Below, in pieces: positions 23,288 through 33,604 of a stretch of DNA of 64,000 nucleotides (positions within the stretch are counted from its first letter, which is position 1; each line of letters opens with the position of its first letter). The notes below the pieces were generated by a model, which saw only the letters and a program-made list of their open reading frames with translations, made no database searches and was not told the origin of the DNA. Source of the DNA: an uncultured bacterium (GTDB lineage: Bacteria > Fidelibacterota > Marinisomatia > Marinisomatales > JABMOV01). Both the position numbers and the translations under genes were made by a program. Where the stretch lies: the NCBI GenBank assembly GCA_964344305.1, contig CAYFMT010000010.1, positions 481-64,480 on the forward strand. Direction: 5' to 3'.

Positions 23288-24093
23288 GACAGGGTCAGGT
23301 CTTCCTTTGCTTCAACCATCAATGTAGGATAAACAATTCCATAACGGAAATAATGGTAAAACCGTAATCCGTGAAAATGAATGAACATCATAACCAGAAG
23401 CCACGGTGCCCTCATGGAAATGAAAAATCCAAAGATAAATATTGAATAGATTCTGGATCTTCTAATGTGACGCGGCTGGGGCGAAACAAGTGATACAATA
23501 ACGAAGGGAATAAACACCCCTGTTGCGGTAGTGATGACTGGTTCATCCTGATACCATCCAAGGACAAGAGCAGCTAACAATAAAACAAGGGATAACCCAT
23601 TGTACATAATTCTTTTGGACTGATCTCCAACCTGCCATCGCTCATGCTCATCTTTTTCCAGGGGAATGAGAAAAATGACATACACAGCCGGGATGCATAG
23701 AAAATACGGTATGCCAATTTTTATTCCTGTGAGTGGATTCCCAAACCACCCAAGAAGAAACAGTCCAATTCCCAGAACTAAAAAGATGCCCATTCCGGTC
23801 CATGGCGTATTTCGATGTTTATCAGGCGAGAAATAGTTCGTTTTTTTCAACGCAATCGAAAATAATACGGTTATTATCAGCGCTGTAATAATCTCGACAG
23901 TCCATCCCGAGAAATCCCAGAAATAATACCGATCCTCTACTGCTTTTCGCCACCCGACACCAGCGCCAAAAAGAATCCATGGTGAATACCATTCGAACGG
24001 TAAATAATCCATGACAGGATCCATTTTTTGAAACAGAGTCGATCCAGAATCGTATCGTTTCGATTTTTCCGGGAACAGGCGTGCAATCCACAT
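23284..24093 (-). CDS. polytopic membrane protein, unknown function
   Basis: 269 aa with at least 6 hydrophobic segments. I see no Asp-rich prenyltransferase motif. It is translationally coupled to the ferredoxin ORF. Confidence 0.6.
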   Translation of the reverse strand: MWIARLFPEKSKRYDSGSTLFQKMDPVMDYLPFEWYSPWILFGAGVGWRKAVEDRYYFWDFSGWTVEIITALIITVLFSIALKKTNYFSPDKHRNTPWTGMGIFLVLGIGLFLLGWFGNPLTGIKIGIPYFLCIPAVYVIFLIPLEKDEHERWQVGDQSKRIMYNGLSLVLLLAALVLGWYQDEPVITTATGVFIPFVIVSLVSPQPRHIRRSRIYSIFIFGFFISMRAPWLLVMMFIHFHGLRFYHYFRYGIVYPTLMVEAKEDLTLS

Positions 24094-24102
24094 AATGTAT
24101 CC

Positions 24103-25467
24103 TTAGATAATATTCAGTTTGTACAGTAGAACGATAAAAATAAGAATGGGTGAAATAACTTTCAGGAAAAATGACCATACTGACATGAGCCATGGGTTCA
24201 ATTCTATAAGTTGTTCAGCACCATTTTTCACCTCAATGATGGCCTTATCCATACCCCAGATCCAGCCCACAAAGATAGCGATGAAAAAACCACCGAGGGG
24301 CAGCAGGATATTGGATGCAAGATAATCAGCCACATCGAAAAAGTTCATTCCAAAAAAGGTCACATCTGACATGATATTGAATGAGAGGGCACTTGGGACT
24401 CCCAGCAGAAAGGCAAGAAATCCAAAAATAACCACCGCCTTATGACGTTCCCATCCTTTCTCATCTACAAAATAAGCCACGACAACTTCCAACAGAGATA
24501 TGGCGGATGTTAAAGCGGCCAGTGACAGGAGCAGAAAAAACAAAATGGCAAATATGTATCCTCCTGGCATTTTCGTAAATACAATGGGCAAGGTCTGAAA
24601 AATAAGGCCTGGACCACTTGCCGGATCCTGTCCCGTTGCAAATACTGCAGTGAAAATAGCTATTCCCGCAAAAAGCGCAATGACTGTATCCAGGATCACC
24701 ACCTGGGTAGCTGCCCCAAGGACATTATCCTTTTTTGATAAATAACTTCCATAAGTCATCATGGCACCCATCCCAAGGCTTAGAGTAAAAAATGCATGTC
24801 CAAGGGCGATGAGTACAGATTCACCGTCAATTCTAGACCAATCCGGATTCCACAGGAAATTCATTCCCTCCCCTGCACCGGGAAGGGTCAAACCACGTAT
24901 GACCAGGATGAGAAGAATAAATAGCAGGACAGGCATCATGACCTTGCTTCCTCGTTCAATTCCCCCCTTTACACCAAAATACACCACAATCATCGTTAGC
25001 ATGAAAAAGAATCCATGATAACCCAGTATCCAACGTGTATTTCCCACCAGTGATCCAAAATGATCGTTGGCAATGGAAGCATCCGTGAATGTGGAAAAAA
25101 CGCCCTTCAGTGCTTCAACGATATATCCGAGCGACCATCCTGCAATGACACTGTAAAAGGAAAGAATGATGGCTCCTGCGATGACACCGATTGCTCCCAG
25201 GGATGTCCAAAACATATTTCCTTCAGACAATCTGTGGAATGCTCCAACGGGGTTTTTCTGCGTTGTACGACCCATGAGTATTTCTGCCACCAGTACAGGC
25301 AATCCAATGAGAGCAATGCACACAAGGTAGACAAATACGAATGCTGCGCCACCATTTTCACCAGCGATATATGGAAATTTCCATATATTTCCAAGACCAA
25401 TTGCCGATCCGGCTGCTGCAAGGATAAACCCAATTCTAGACCCCCATTGTTCTCGTTGTTGTGTCAT
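24103..25467 (-). CDS. sodium-dependent transporter, neurotransmitter:sodium symporter (SNF) family
   Basis: REQWGSRIGFILAAAGSAIGLGNIWKFPY signature, about 12 TM segments, 454 aa. Confidence 0.9.
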   Translation of the reverse strand: MTQQREQWGSRIGFILAAAGSAIGLGNIWKFPYIAGENGGAAFVFVYLVCIALIGLPVLVAEILMGRTTQKNPVGAFHRLSEGNMFWTSLGAIGVIAGAIILSFYSVIAGWSLGYIVEALKGVFSTFTDASIANDHFGSLVGNTRWILGYHGFFFMLTMIVVYFGVKGGIERGSKVMMPVLLFILLILVIRGLTLPGAGEGMNFLWNPDWSRIDGESVLIALGHAFFTLSLGMGAMMTYGSYLSKKDNVLGAATQVVILDTVIALFAGIAIFTAVFATGQDPASGPGLIFQTLPIVFTKMPGGYIFAILFFLLLSLAALTSAISLLEVVVAYFVDEKGWERHKAVVIFGFLAFLLGVPSALSFNIMSDVTFFGMNFFDVADYLASNILLPLGGFFIAIFVGWIWGMDKAIIEVKNGAEQLIELNPWLMSVWSFFLKVISPILIFIVLLYKLNII

Positions 25468-25883
25468 TCTGATTCTTCCTCTTTGTTTTGATTACCGTCT
25501 AATTCTTCATCCACAATTTCATCAAAATTATCTAAATGGGCATCCACAATAGCGTCCAGTGTGCCATAGATGTATAGAATAGCCATCCACCACGCAAACT
25601 TATTCCTTTTTTGCAGGTATTGAACCCTTCTTAAATCCATGGTGGTAGGGTCGTAATCCCTGTACAATTCGCGATTTTCCTGGAATTGAACATAAGATGC
25701 TACTTCCAATCCCATAATAATGGCAGCTTTTATGTACTTACCATTGTAAACCTGACCAAGTCCTGGAAATACCAGTCCAAGGTAACCGGCTGTTTTTGGG
25801 TCTTTGACCCTGACAGAATCTGTCTGGCAGAATCCAATTGCCATTGTCAGGAAAGCAATAATAACGACTTTACCTGCTGACAT
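25464..25883 (-). CDS. DUF5683-like small membrane protein
   Basis: The motif FPGLGQVYNGKYIKA resembles the Bacteroidota DUF5683 pattern. The C-terminal tail is acidic. Confidence 0.55.
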   Translation of the reverse strand: MSAGKVVIIAFLTMAIGFCQTDSVRVKDPKTAGYLGLVFPGLGQVYNGKYIKAAIIMGLEVASYVQFQENRELYRDYDPTTMDLRRVQYLQKRNKFAWWMAILYIYGTLDAIVDAHLDNFDEIVDEELDGNQNKEEESE

Positions 25884-26784
25884 ATGATGAGCTTGACCAG
25901 TTTCCTATTACTCGCTGAGATTTTGGGATTATCGATACATCCAGGGAAGTCCTGTCTCCACCCAACTTTTCACCATCCAAATGCATGGGTATAGGTTTGT
26001 TGCCTGTTACCTTAAGGGATTTTACTCGGAATATCTCGATTTCGTCCAGCACATCGATGGTCCCATTCAGTAATCGTGAAAAATTCTTGATAACAGTCCA
26101 ACGTGATATATTCCTTACAATACAAAGATCGAAGAATCCATCCTCCAGTTTTGCTTTTGGCGTCAACTGCAATCCCCCTCCAACATTCCATCCATTTCCT
26201 ATGCTAATAAGATAGATGTCTTCGTCAATTGATATACCCTCAGCCTCCAGTTTTATGGGAATTCTTTTGTAAAAGATCAAAACCCAGGCAATGGCCAGTA
26301 AATATTTTATGGATCCCTTTATGAAGGATAGTTTGCGTCCTACTTCGTTTGCCCGTCCTTCAAATCCAAGACCCAGCACATTCACGAATCGGCGTTCATT
26401 TACCAGACCAACATCAATCTTCTGATCATTATGCTCTATCAGGATATCAATGGCTGACTCTGGATCATCCAAGGGTATGCAGCAACTCCGGGCAAAATCA
26501 TTTCCGGTTCCTATGGGAATCAAACCAAAAGGCTTGTTTAACTCAGGGAGTCCATTAATGATTTCATTGATGGTGCCATCACCTCCTACAGCCACAATCA
26601 CATCAAAATCATCTGCCAGCTCTTTCACCAATTCAGTTGCATGCATGGGCTCCTGCGTAAAATGAAATTCATAGGCCAAACCACGTTTCCTGAAAATGGA
26701 CTCAATCTCCGGGAGAGCTTTCAGCGTTTTTCCACTTCCACCAACGGGGTTAACAATGAGGAGATATTTCTTCTTATTTTCCAT
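25870..26784 (-). CDS. diacylglycerol-kinase-family lipid kinase (YegS/BmrU-like)
   Basis: LLIVNPVGGSG and VAVGGDGTINE motifs, 304 aa. Confidence 0.85.
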   Translation of the reverse strand: MENKKKYLLIVNPVGGSGKTLKALPEIESIFRKRGLAYEFHFTQEPMHATELVKELADDFDVIVAVGGDGTINEIINGLPELNKPFGLIPIGTGNDFARSCCIPLDDPESAIDILIEHNDQKIDVGLVNERRFVNVLGLGFEGRANEVGRKLSFIKGSIKYLLAIAWVLIFYKRIPIKLEAEGISIDEDIYLISIGNGWNVGGGLQLTPKAKLEDGFFDLCIVRNISRWTVIKNFSRLLNGTIDVLDEIEIFRVKSLKVTGNKPIPMHLDGEKLGGDRTSLDVSIIPKSQRVIGNWSSSSYVSR

Positions 26785-27173
26785 TATTTCGGACTATGAG
26801 CAATACACTCAATTTCTACATCGGTTCCCAGTGGAAGTGCTGACACCTGGACGGCCGATCTAGCCGGCGGCTCCATTCCACTGAAAACGTCAGTGAACAC
26901 CTCATTTAGCTCAGAAAATCTGCCAAGGTCTGTTAAAAACACTGTCAATTTGATGGTATGAGATAGTGAACTTCCTTTTTCAGCTAGGATGGCTTCAATA
27001 TTATTTAAAACGCGATACACACGATCCTTAAAATTTCCTTCTATAAGTTTCCCGGTTTCAGGGTCCAATGGGATTTGTCCTGCCGTAAAGATGAGTCCCT
27101 TAATAGCCATTCCCTGGTTGTATGGACCTATTGCTGCAGGAGCGTTGGATGTACGAATAATTTCACGATTCAT
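26784..27173 (-). CDS. ridA: RidA/YjgF-family reactive intermediate deaminase
   Basis: MNREIIRTSNAPAAIGPYNQG... Start refined to ATG 27173. The track ORF extends to 27215. Confidence 0.9.
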   Translation of the reverse strand: MNREIIRTSNAPAAIGPYNQGMAIKGLIFTAGQIPLDPETGKLIEGNFKDRVYRVLNNIEAILAEKGSSLSHTIKLTVFLTDLGRFSELNEVFTDVFSGMEPPARSAVQVSALPLGTDVEIECIAHSPK

Positions 27174-27600
27174 TTTTTTCCTCCAGACACCAGGTGGCCA
27201 GTCCAATATCAGCATTCATTTTTCGTGATGCATCACCATGAAGTTTTTTAATGACAAATTCTCCCACAGCAGCCACATCCATTTCGAACAGATGTCCGCC
27301 TTTGGTATTCATGTCATGATCCCCCAGTGTCAGGTGGATATGAATGAAAGGTTCCCCGTCCAAGAGAGTAATGTTCCCATCACAGGATAACAATTCCCGT
27401 GCATCATCAAACGTGACTTTGATATAGGATTGTTTTGGTATGTCGTAGGCACCAATGGTGGCGTTTTTTACAGCACCAATACCCGAAACCGTCCCATTGT
27501 ATATACCATGGTCTTTACAAAACTGCGTCAGGGTTTCCATAACGGGTTCATTTTTCTCCACATATACAAAATACGTATCATCATATTGCTGGTATTGCAT
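27163..27600 (-). CDS. PPC (DUF296) domain protein
   Basis: The pattern MQYQQYDDTYFVYVEKNEPVMETLTQFCKDHGIYNGTVSGIGAV matches DUF296. Start refined to ATG 27600, which overlaps the alaS stop by 1 nt. Confidence 0.7.
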   Translation of the reverse strand: MQYQQYDDTYFVYVEKNEPVMETLTQFCKDHGIYNGTVSGIGAVKNATIGAYDIPKQSYIKVTFDDARELLSCDGNITLLDGEPFIHIHLTLGDHDMNTKGGHLFEMDVAAVGEFVIKKLHGDASRKMNADIGLATWCLEEKNES

Positions 27601-30191
27601 TATTGATCCTTGTCCAAAATCTTTGTAATTAGTTCCTGGCATTTTTCCAGGGTTGGTTTCAGGTCTTCATTTTTCCGTCCGCCTGCTGTGGCCAGATGAG
27701 GTTTTCCTCCACCACCGGCACCCATAAGTGATCCAATTTCCTTTGCCAGACTCCCTGCACGAATTCCCCTCTCCACAAGGTCAGGTGTTACTACCACAAC
27801 AATTGCAGGTTTTTTCTCTCCTTCCATCCCCAAAACTCCGACGCCAGATTTTAAATGAGGGATCAGGTCGTCTCCCAGGGATTTAAGTTCATCCATGGCA
27901 ATGGATTCAATCTGCTTGATCACCACGTTGACACCATGCAGTTCCATGGCCTCACCGGCAATAGACTTCCCATTTAGAGCACCACTGGATCTCCATTGTT
28001 TAAAGGCTTTTTCGAGGTCCTTGTGCTTTTGGAACAATCCGTCAATTCTTTCCTCAATCTCATGGGATGCGCATTTCAGTTTTTCCTGAATCCGCTTCAC
28101 TTTCTGTGCATTTTCCTGCATGAGATCAATGGCATCATTCCCCGTAACAGCGACGATTCGTCTCACACCTGCTGCAAGCGCAGATTCTTCCACAATTTTA
28201 AATGGACCGATATCACCGGTTCTATCCACATGGGTTCCACCGCATAATTCCATGGAATAATCACCAATAGAGATCACCCTTACCACATCACCATATTTTT
28301 CGCCAAACAGGGCTTCGGCGCCATCCCTGCGTGCATCATCAAATGACTTATGTGATATATCCAAGGGGGTATTAGTCAATATTTCTGCATTCACTGCCTT
28401 CTCTATGCGCAGAATTTGGTCGAGTGTTATTTTCTCAAAATGGGTAAGATCAAACCGCAAATAATCCGGAGCGACCAGGGATCCTGCCTGATGGACATGA
28501 TCACCCAATTCTTCTTTTAGTGCTTTGTGGAGCAAATGAGTGGCTGTATGGTTTCGTTTTATGGATTGTCGCCTGTCTGCATTCACTTCACATGTAACTT
28601 GCGAGGTAGCATAAGTTTCGTCAAAATCACCGGTGCACAGGTGAAGAAACACATCGTCCTCTTTTTTTACATCCACAACCTGAAGATCAATCCCTTCATT
28701 GAAAATCACTCCAGTATCACCTATTTGCCCCCCGGATTCAGCGTAAAACGGTGTTTTGTCCAGTACAACAAGCAAATGTCCGTTTTCCCGCCCCCATCGT
28801 CTTATTTTAGCTGTAGAAGAAAGTGATTCATATCCAATGAATTCTGAATCTTTTCCCTGTCTCACAGATTGCCAATCTATGGATGATGCTTCATGCTTGA
28901 ATTTTCCTGCCGCTTTTGCACGAGATTTTTGTTGGGACATGGCTTCATTGAACCCATTCGTATCTACGGTGAGATTTTTTTCACGTGCGATAAGTTCTGT
29001 TAAATCAAGCGGAAACCCATACGTGTCGTACAGTCTAAATGCTTCTTTACCCGGGATCTCATTTCCATCAAGTGTTTTTATAATACGATCAAAATGATTG
29101 AGTCCACGATCAAGGGTTGACCCAAAAGTGACTTCCTCGGCCTGGATAACATTTTGGATATGCGTTTTCCTGTCCAGCACTTCAGGAAATACATCACCTA
29201 AAATCTCACCCACAGCATCCACCAGCTCAAACAGGAACGGTTCATGCAATTCCAGTGTTCGCCCAAATCGTGAAGCCCGTCTAAGGATTCTCCTCAATAC
29301 ATAGCCGCGTCCTTCATTACTGGGCATGGCCCCATCTGCAATAGAAAAACTTAGCATCCGAATATGGTCTGCGATGACCCTGAAAGGTACTGGATCATCC
29401 AGATAGGATTTACCAGAAATAGTCTCCAGCTTTTGAATGATGGGCTGAAACAAATCTGTATCATAATTGGATGATTTCCCTTCCATCACCGTAACAATCC
29501 GTTCCAATCCTGCACCTGTATCAACATGTGTCTGCGGAAGATCATTCAGTGTACCTGTTTCATCCCTGTGATATTGAATAAAGACCAGGTTCCATAATTC
29601 CCAGTATTCATCCGTCACATTCACACCATCAGGTGTCTGCTTTGATGGGTCCTCGCCCATATAATAATGAATCTCGGAGCAGGGTCCACATGGCCCTGTT
29701 TCACCCATCTCCCAGAAATTGTCTTTTTTACCGCACCGTAATACTCGATCTGGGGAAATGTCCGTGACTTTTGTCCACAATTCAAATGCTTCATCGTCTT
29801 CTTCATAAACCGTCGCCCAGAGACGATCTTTGTCCAATTTCCAAACCTCAGTCACCAACTCCCATCCCCACTGGATTGCTTCCGACTTGTAATAATCGCC
29901 AAAGGACCAGTTTCCCAGCATTTCGAAGAATGTGTGGTGGAAAGTATCAATGCCCACTTCTTCAAGATCATTGTGCTTACCACTTACGCGTATACATTTT
30001 TGACTGTTGACGGCCCTGGTGTAGCTTTCTGTCTTTTCTCCAAGGAAGATTGGTTTGAACTGATTCATCCCTGCATTGGTAAAGAGTAGTGTTGGGTCAT
30101 CCAGTGGCACCACGGATGAACTTCGAACAAACTTGTGCTCTTTTGATTCAAAAAAGGAAATGAATGATTGTCTGATTTCTTTGGCGTTCAT
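27600..30191 (-). CDS. alaS: alanine--tRNA ligase
   Basis: FTNAGMNQFKPIFLG, HHTFFEMLGNWSFGDY, an editing domain and a C-terminal DHHA1-like region with GGGKP. Length is 863 aa. Confidence 0.95.
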   Translation of the reverse strand: MNAKEIRQSFISFFESKEHKFVRSSSVVPLDDPTLLFTNAGMNQFKPIFLGEKTESYTRAVNSQKCIRVSGKHNDLEEVGIDTFHHTFFEMLGNWSFGDYYKSEAIQWGWELVTEVWKLDKDRLWATVYEEDDEAFELWTKVTDISPDRVLRCGKKDNFWEMGETGPCGPCSEIHYYMGEDPSKQTPDGVNVTDEYWELWNLVFIQYHRDETGTLNDLPQTHVDTGAGLERIVTVMEGKSSNYDTDLFQPIIQKLETISGKSYLDDPVPFRVIADHIRMLSFSIADGAMPSNEGRGYVLRRILRRASRFGRTLELHEPFLFELVDAVGEILGDVFPEVLDRKTHIQNVIQAEEVTFGSTLDRGLNHFDRIIKTLDGNEIPGKEAFRLYDTYGFPLDLTELIAREKNLTVDTNGFNEAMSQQKSRAKAAGKFKHEASSIDWQSVRQGKDSEFIGYESLSSTAKIRRWGRENGHLLVVLDKTPFYAESGGQIGDTGVIFNEGIDLQVVDVKKEDDVFLHLCTGDFDETYATSQVTCEVNADRRQSIKRNHTATHLLHKALKEELGDHVHQAGSLVAPDYLRFDLTHFEKITLDQILRIEKAVNAEILTNTPLDISHKSFDDARRDGAEALFGEKYGDVVRVISIGDYSMELCGGTHVDRTGDIGPFKIVEESALAAGVRRIVAVTGNDAIDLMQENAQKVKRIQEKLKCASHEIEERIDGLFQKHKDLEKAFKQWRSSGALNGKSIAGEAMELHGVNVVIKQIESIAMDELKSLGDDLIPHLKSGVGVLGMEGEKKPAIVVVVTPDLVERGIRAGSLAKEIGSLMGAGGGGKPHLATAGGRKNEDLKPTLEKCQELITKILDKDQ

Positions 30192-30196
30192 AAGTA

Positions 30197-31756
30197 TTAA
30201 AATGCGAATGTTGTTTCGATGGAAGTAATATTGATGGTTTCATCCGAGTCACGAACATCTCCATCTCCGTTTAAATCTCGGAATGATCTCCTGAAAATGT
30301 AATTAATAACCATCCCCGAGCCCATTTCCAGCCCAATCCTGTAACCCATGACGGTACTGGGGTTTGGTTCAAATTCAAACAAATTGGGGACATTTCTCTG
30401 CTGGAGGAATAATTGGGCTGTTTGAAGTTTGGAAATGGATTTTCGGAGCCCTGCAGAAGCAAAAAAGTTCTGGTATTGAATTTCTTCAAATGCCTGCAAG
30501 GAATGATTCCATTTTTCGCCCGTCATATTCTGATACTGTGCTGAAGCCGATAACAATGACCCTATGTTAATCCTTAACTGACCGTACAGTCCATCAGATG
30601 GACCAAAGGTACCAAGCTGGCTTTCCTTTGTCTGGATAGTCATCCCATTTGCAGTGGACCTGAACACAGCTCGTTCAAGTTCATAAGCCCGATTCCAGTA
30701 CCCAAATTCGAATCTTCCTGTGGGTGTTTTTCTGTATTCAATATTCAACTGTGCAGGACCAAATTTTGCCACCAGTCCCAGAGGGACCATACCAATCCCT
30801 AGCTGTTTTTCTTCACTGGAATCAGCGGTGACTGGTACGATTGTATTACCAATCATTTGGGCGATCTGGGCATAAAATGATATGGAGAAGCGGCTATCGG
30901 AATAAATGGGGATTCCACCGTCAAATGCAATGGCCGCAACGGAATTTCTGTCTTTCAAAATATTAACTGGTTCGCTCATTCGTAGGATATCATTGTCCAA
31001 AATAATTGTTGTATCTAAGGTCCAACCCTCAATCCTTGAATCCAGTGTATCGGTAATACCGTCTCCATCGATATCCCACTCGTAGGGATCATTGTCCGCC
31101 AGTCCATCCCCATCAGTGTCCTGCCAAAGGTCTGCATCAAACGGAAAACTCTCAAGAGGATCAGGGTACCCATCACCATCGCTGTCCTTCAGTGAGAAAT
31201 ACTGATTTTTATCCATGACAAAGGAAATGCCAAGGGGAAATCCCAGTTGAAGCGGGAATGTGGATCGTAGTCCGGTGATACCTCCTAATTCAGAAAAATC
31301 ATTGGTCATGGCCTGAATGGAGTATCGTGCCCGCTTCATCCTGAAATCAAGACCGATTTTTTTCACGGCTGGATACTCCATTGTGTTGGCGTACCCAGAC
31401 ATAAGGATACCATACCCAAGAGTAACATTATCCAGAGCCCCAACCCGGGCATACAACGGATCATTCGGATAGCCATATCGAATATAATAAATCTTATCCA
31501 CGATGGTATTGAATCCGGCACTTGAACTGGAGAAATCCCAGTCATCGTCACGGACATTGCCTTCTTCATCGATGTACAATACAATATCCAACGCTATTCC
31601 GAATTTTCCAATGGGAATGGTGGGACGCATGGCGATCTGGTTGTAGATCTTCCCATCGATAGTCACTGCACCCACCGCACCAGACATATTGACCTGAGGT
31701 TGTGCAATTACCAGACTGACAAGAAAGAGTATTATTGTGACGAGAGACTTCTTCAT
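30197..31756 (-). CDS. outer-membrane beta-barrel-like protein with internal thrombospondin-type-3-like Ca-binding repeats
   Basis: Start refined to MKKSLVTIILFLVSLVIAQ (signal peptide). The internal segment DSDGDGYPDP..DTDGDGLADND..DIDGDGITD is present, and the protein ends in ...TTFAF with a terminal aromatic residue. Confidence 0.65.
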   Translation of the reverse strand: MKKSLVTIILFLVSLVIAQPQVNMSGAVGAVTIDGKIYNQIAMRPTIPIGKFGIALDIVLYIDEEGNVRDDDWDFSSSSAGFNTIVDKIYYIRYGYPNDPLYARVGALDNVTLGYGILMSGYANTMEYPAVKKIGLDFRMKRARYSIQAMTNDFSELGGITGLRSTFPLQLGFPLGISFVMDKNQYFSLKDSDGDGYPDPLESFPFDADLWQDTDGDGLADNDPYEWDIDGDGITDTLDSRIEGWTLDTTIILDNDILRMSEPVNILKDRNSVAAIAFDGGIPIYSDSRFSISFYAQIAQMIGNTIVPVTADSSEEKQLGIGMVPLGLVAKFGPAQLNIEYRKTPTGRFEFGYWNRAYELERAVFRSTANGMTIQTKESQLGTFGPSDGLYGQLRINIGSLLSASAQYQNMTGEKWNHSLQAFEEIQYQNFFASAGLRKSISKLQTAQLFLQQRNVPNLFEFEPNPSTVMGYRIGLEMGSGMVINYIFRRSFRDLNGDGDVRDSDETINITSIETTFAF

Positions 31757-31886
31757 AATCCTTGGAAAATTATCAGAAAAATTACTGGTGACACTGAAGG
31801 TATCCAATGAGAGAATATTTTGGCATTTTCATGATAATATGGTGAAGAATCGTCTTCCAACAATTATCAATGATATCAAATCTGTG

Positions 31887-33035
31887 TCACGGTTCAATAG
31901 ATAGTCGAATCAAGTCCCGAAATCGATCTATTTCGGGACGACCATTGGGTGTCTGTGTGAAAACAAGACCTATGATGCCATATTTGAGATCGATCCACGC
32001 ATCTGTCCCATCGGAACCACCATGACTGATAATTTCATCAGAAATGAACCAACCGTATCCATAGCTACGTCCATCCTTTAATGCTGCTTTTGGCTGTATC
32101 ATTAACTCAACAGTATTTTGATTTAGAATTCGTTTTCCATTGTAAACGCCCCCATTGAGGATCATCTGACAGAAAACAGCATAATCCCATACGGTTGAAA
32201 CGAGACCACCGGATCCGCGTGCAAAGGGAATTGTGTAAGGTATTCCTGGCATCCATTCTCCTGCATCATTACGTTTGTAATAAACTGGACCTGTACAACC
32301 TGTCTTCCCATCCATGGTATGTTCGGCTCTGTAATTGTATGTGTCTACCATCCCCAACGGTAAATATATCAATTCATCCAGTGATTCCTCCAGCGAGTTA
32401 CCGGTATGAATCTCAATAAGTGCACCGAGCGTATTGTATCCGGGGTTGTTATAACTGAACACCGATCCAGGTATGGTTGAAGCACCGATAGCACCAAATC
32501 GTGAAGCGGATGTTTGAAGATCCGTATTCAGACTATCAGGTGGAAGAAACAAGGATTGGATGTTTAATCCACTGGTGTGTGTTAGAAGATGTTGCACATT
32601 AATGGACTCAGATTTCTTATTGTCCCACTCAGGAAGGAATTCTTTAATGTGGTCAGTATAATCAAACATCCCTTTTTCAACCAGTATTGATATTGCAGTG
32701 GCAATAACAGGTTTCGTATTGGACGCCATGTGGAACATACTGCTTGTATCCATTGGAATCTTTTTTTCCTTGTCCAGGTATCCTATAGATTTATGCACCA
32801 CAACTCGGCCATTTCGTGCCACAAGAATCACCACTCCAACGAGATCTCCTTGATCCACTGCTGCTTCATAGAGTCCTACTGCATCATGCAAAATGGATTC
32901 GGACATACCTGCTTCTGATGCAGTACTATTGATTAACAAGGTCTCCTCCTGAGAAAAAGCAGGTGAAAGAATTCCTAAAAAACACATTAGAATCGACAAG
33001 GATAATCTCATGGTCAGTTTTAAAACTGGTTTCAT
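31887..33035 (-). CDS. serine hydrolase, beta-lactamase/PBP4-related family
   Basis: Signal peptide, an S-x-x-K motif (ASNTK) and a YNNPGY (Y-x-N) motif. Confidence 0.8.
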   Translation of the reverse strand: MKPVLKLTMRLSLSILMCFLGILSPAFSQEETLLINSTASEAGMSESILHDAVGLYEAAVDQGDLVGVVILVARNGRVVVHKSIGYLDKEKKIPMDTSSMFHMASNTKPVIATAISILVEKGMFDYTDHIKEFLPEWDNKKSESINVQHLLTHTSGLNIQSLFLPPDSLNTDLQTSASRFGAIGASTIPGSVFSYNNPGYNTLGALIEIHTGNSLEESLDELIYLPLGMVDTYNYRAEHTMDGKTGCTGPVYYKRNDAGEWMPGIPYTIPFARGSGGLVSTVWDYAVFCQMILNGGVYNGKRILNQNTVELMIQPKAALKDGRSYGYGWFISDEIISHGGSDGTDAWIDLKYGIIGLVFTQTPNGRPEIDRFRDLIRLSIEP

Positions 33036-33055
33036 TGAAAAGCAAATCTCTCTGT

Positions 33056-33604
33056 TTACTTCACAAGTTTGATGAGCTTACGGAATCTGTCACCGGTGGC
33101 CACTTCCTGAATCTCAAACAAAACTGTCTCTACTGAAGTGATGGTTCCTCCTGCCATCATTATCCGATCCAACCCAATTTGTTTATTTCCTTCTGTTCTT
33201 GATGAAACGGCATCCGAGACAATATCTACGTGATAATCCATTTCAATTAGATCCAGTGCTGTTTGATAAACGCAAACATGTGTCTCAATTCCGCATAGAA
33301 GCACATGATCCACCTGAGTGGATTCAAGTTTTTTTACAAAATCATCGTTTCTTGCGCAACTGAATACATCTTTCACAATGGGTTGTTCCCCAGGGAACAA
33401 CTCAGCAAGCTCCGGGATTGTGGGTCCCAGTTTATCCGGCAATTGTTCTGTCCAGATGATGGGTATGTCCAGGAGTTTTGCACCATGGATCAGTATCCTC
33501 AGGTTCTTGAACAGGTTGTCCTTGTCGTGCATGGCTTGAGCCAGGTTTCCCTGAATATCAATCACAATAAGCACACATTTATTTTGATGCATTTTTTTCT
33601 CCAA
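33056..33604 (-). CDS. isochorismatase-family hydrolase
   Basis: VLIVIDIQ and the LLCGIETHVCV catalytic Cys motif. Length is 182 aa. Confidence 0.85.
   Translation of the reverse strand: MEKKMHQNKCVLIVIDIQGNLAQAMHDKDNLFKNLRILIHGAKLLDIPIIWTEQLPDKLGPTIPELAELFPGEQPIVKDVFSCARNDDFVKKLESTQVDHVLLCGIETHVCVYQTALDLIEMDYHVDIVSDAVSSRTEGNKQIGLDRIMMAGGTITSVETVLFEIQEVATGDRFRKLIKLVK

Noticed and set aside
23822-24193. 123-aa minus-strand ORF bridging the NSS transporter 3' end and the 269-aa membrane gene
   Set aside because: It is out of frame with two better-supported genes that together occupy the same DNA. It has no motif.
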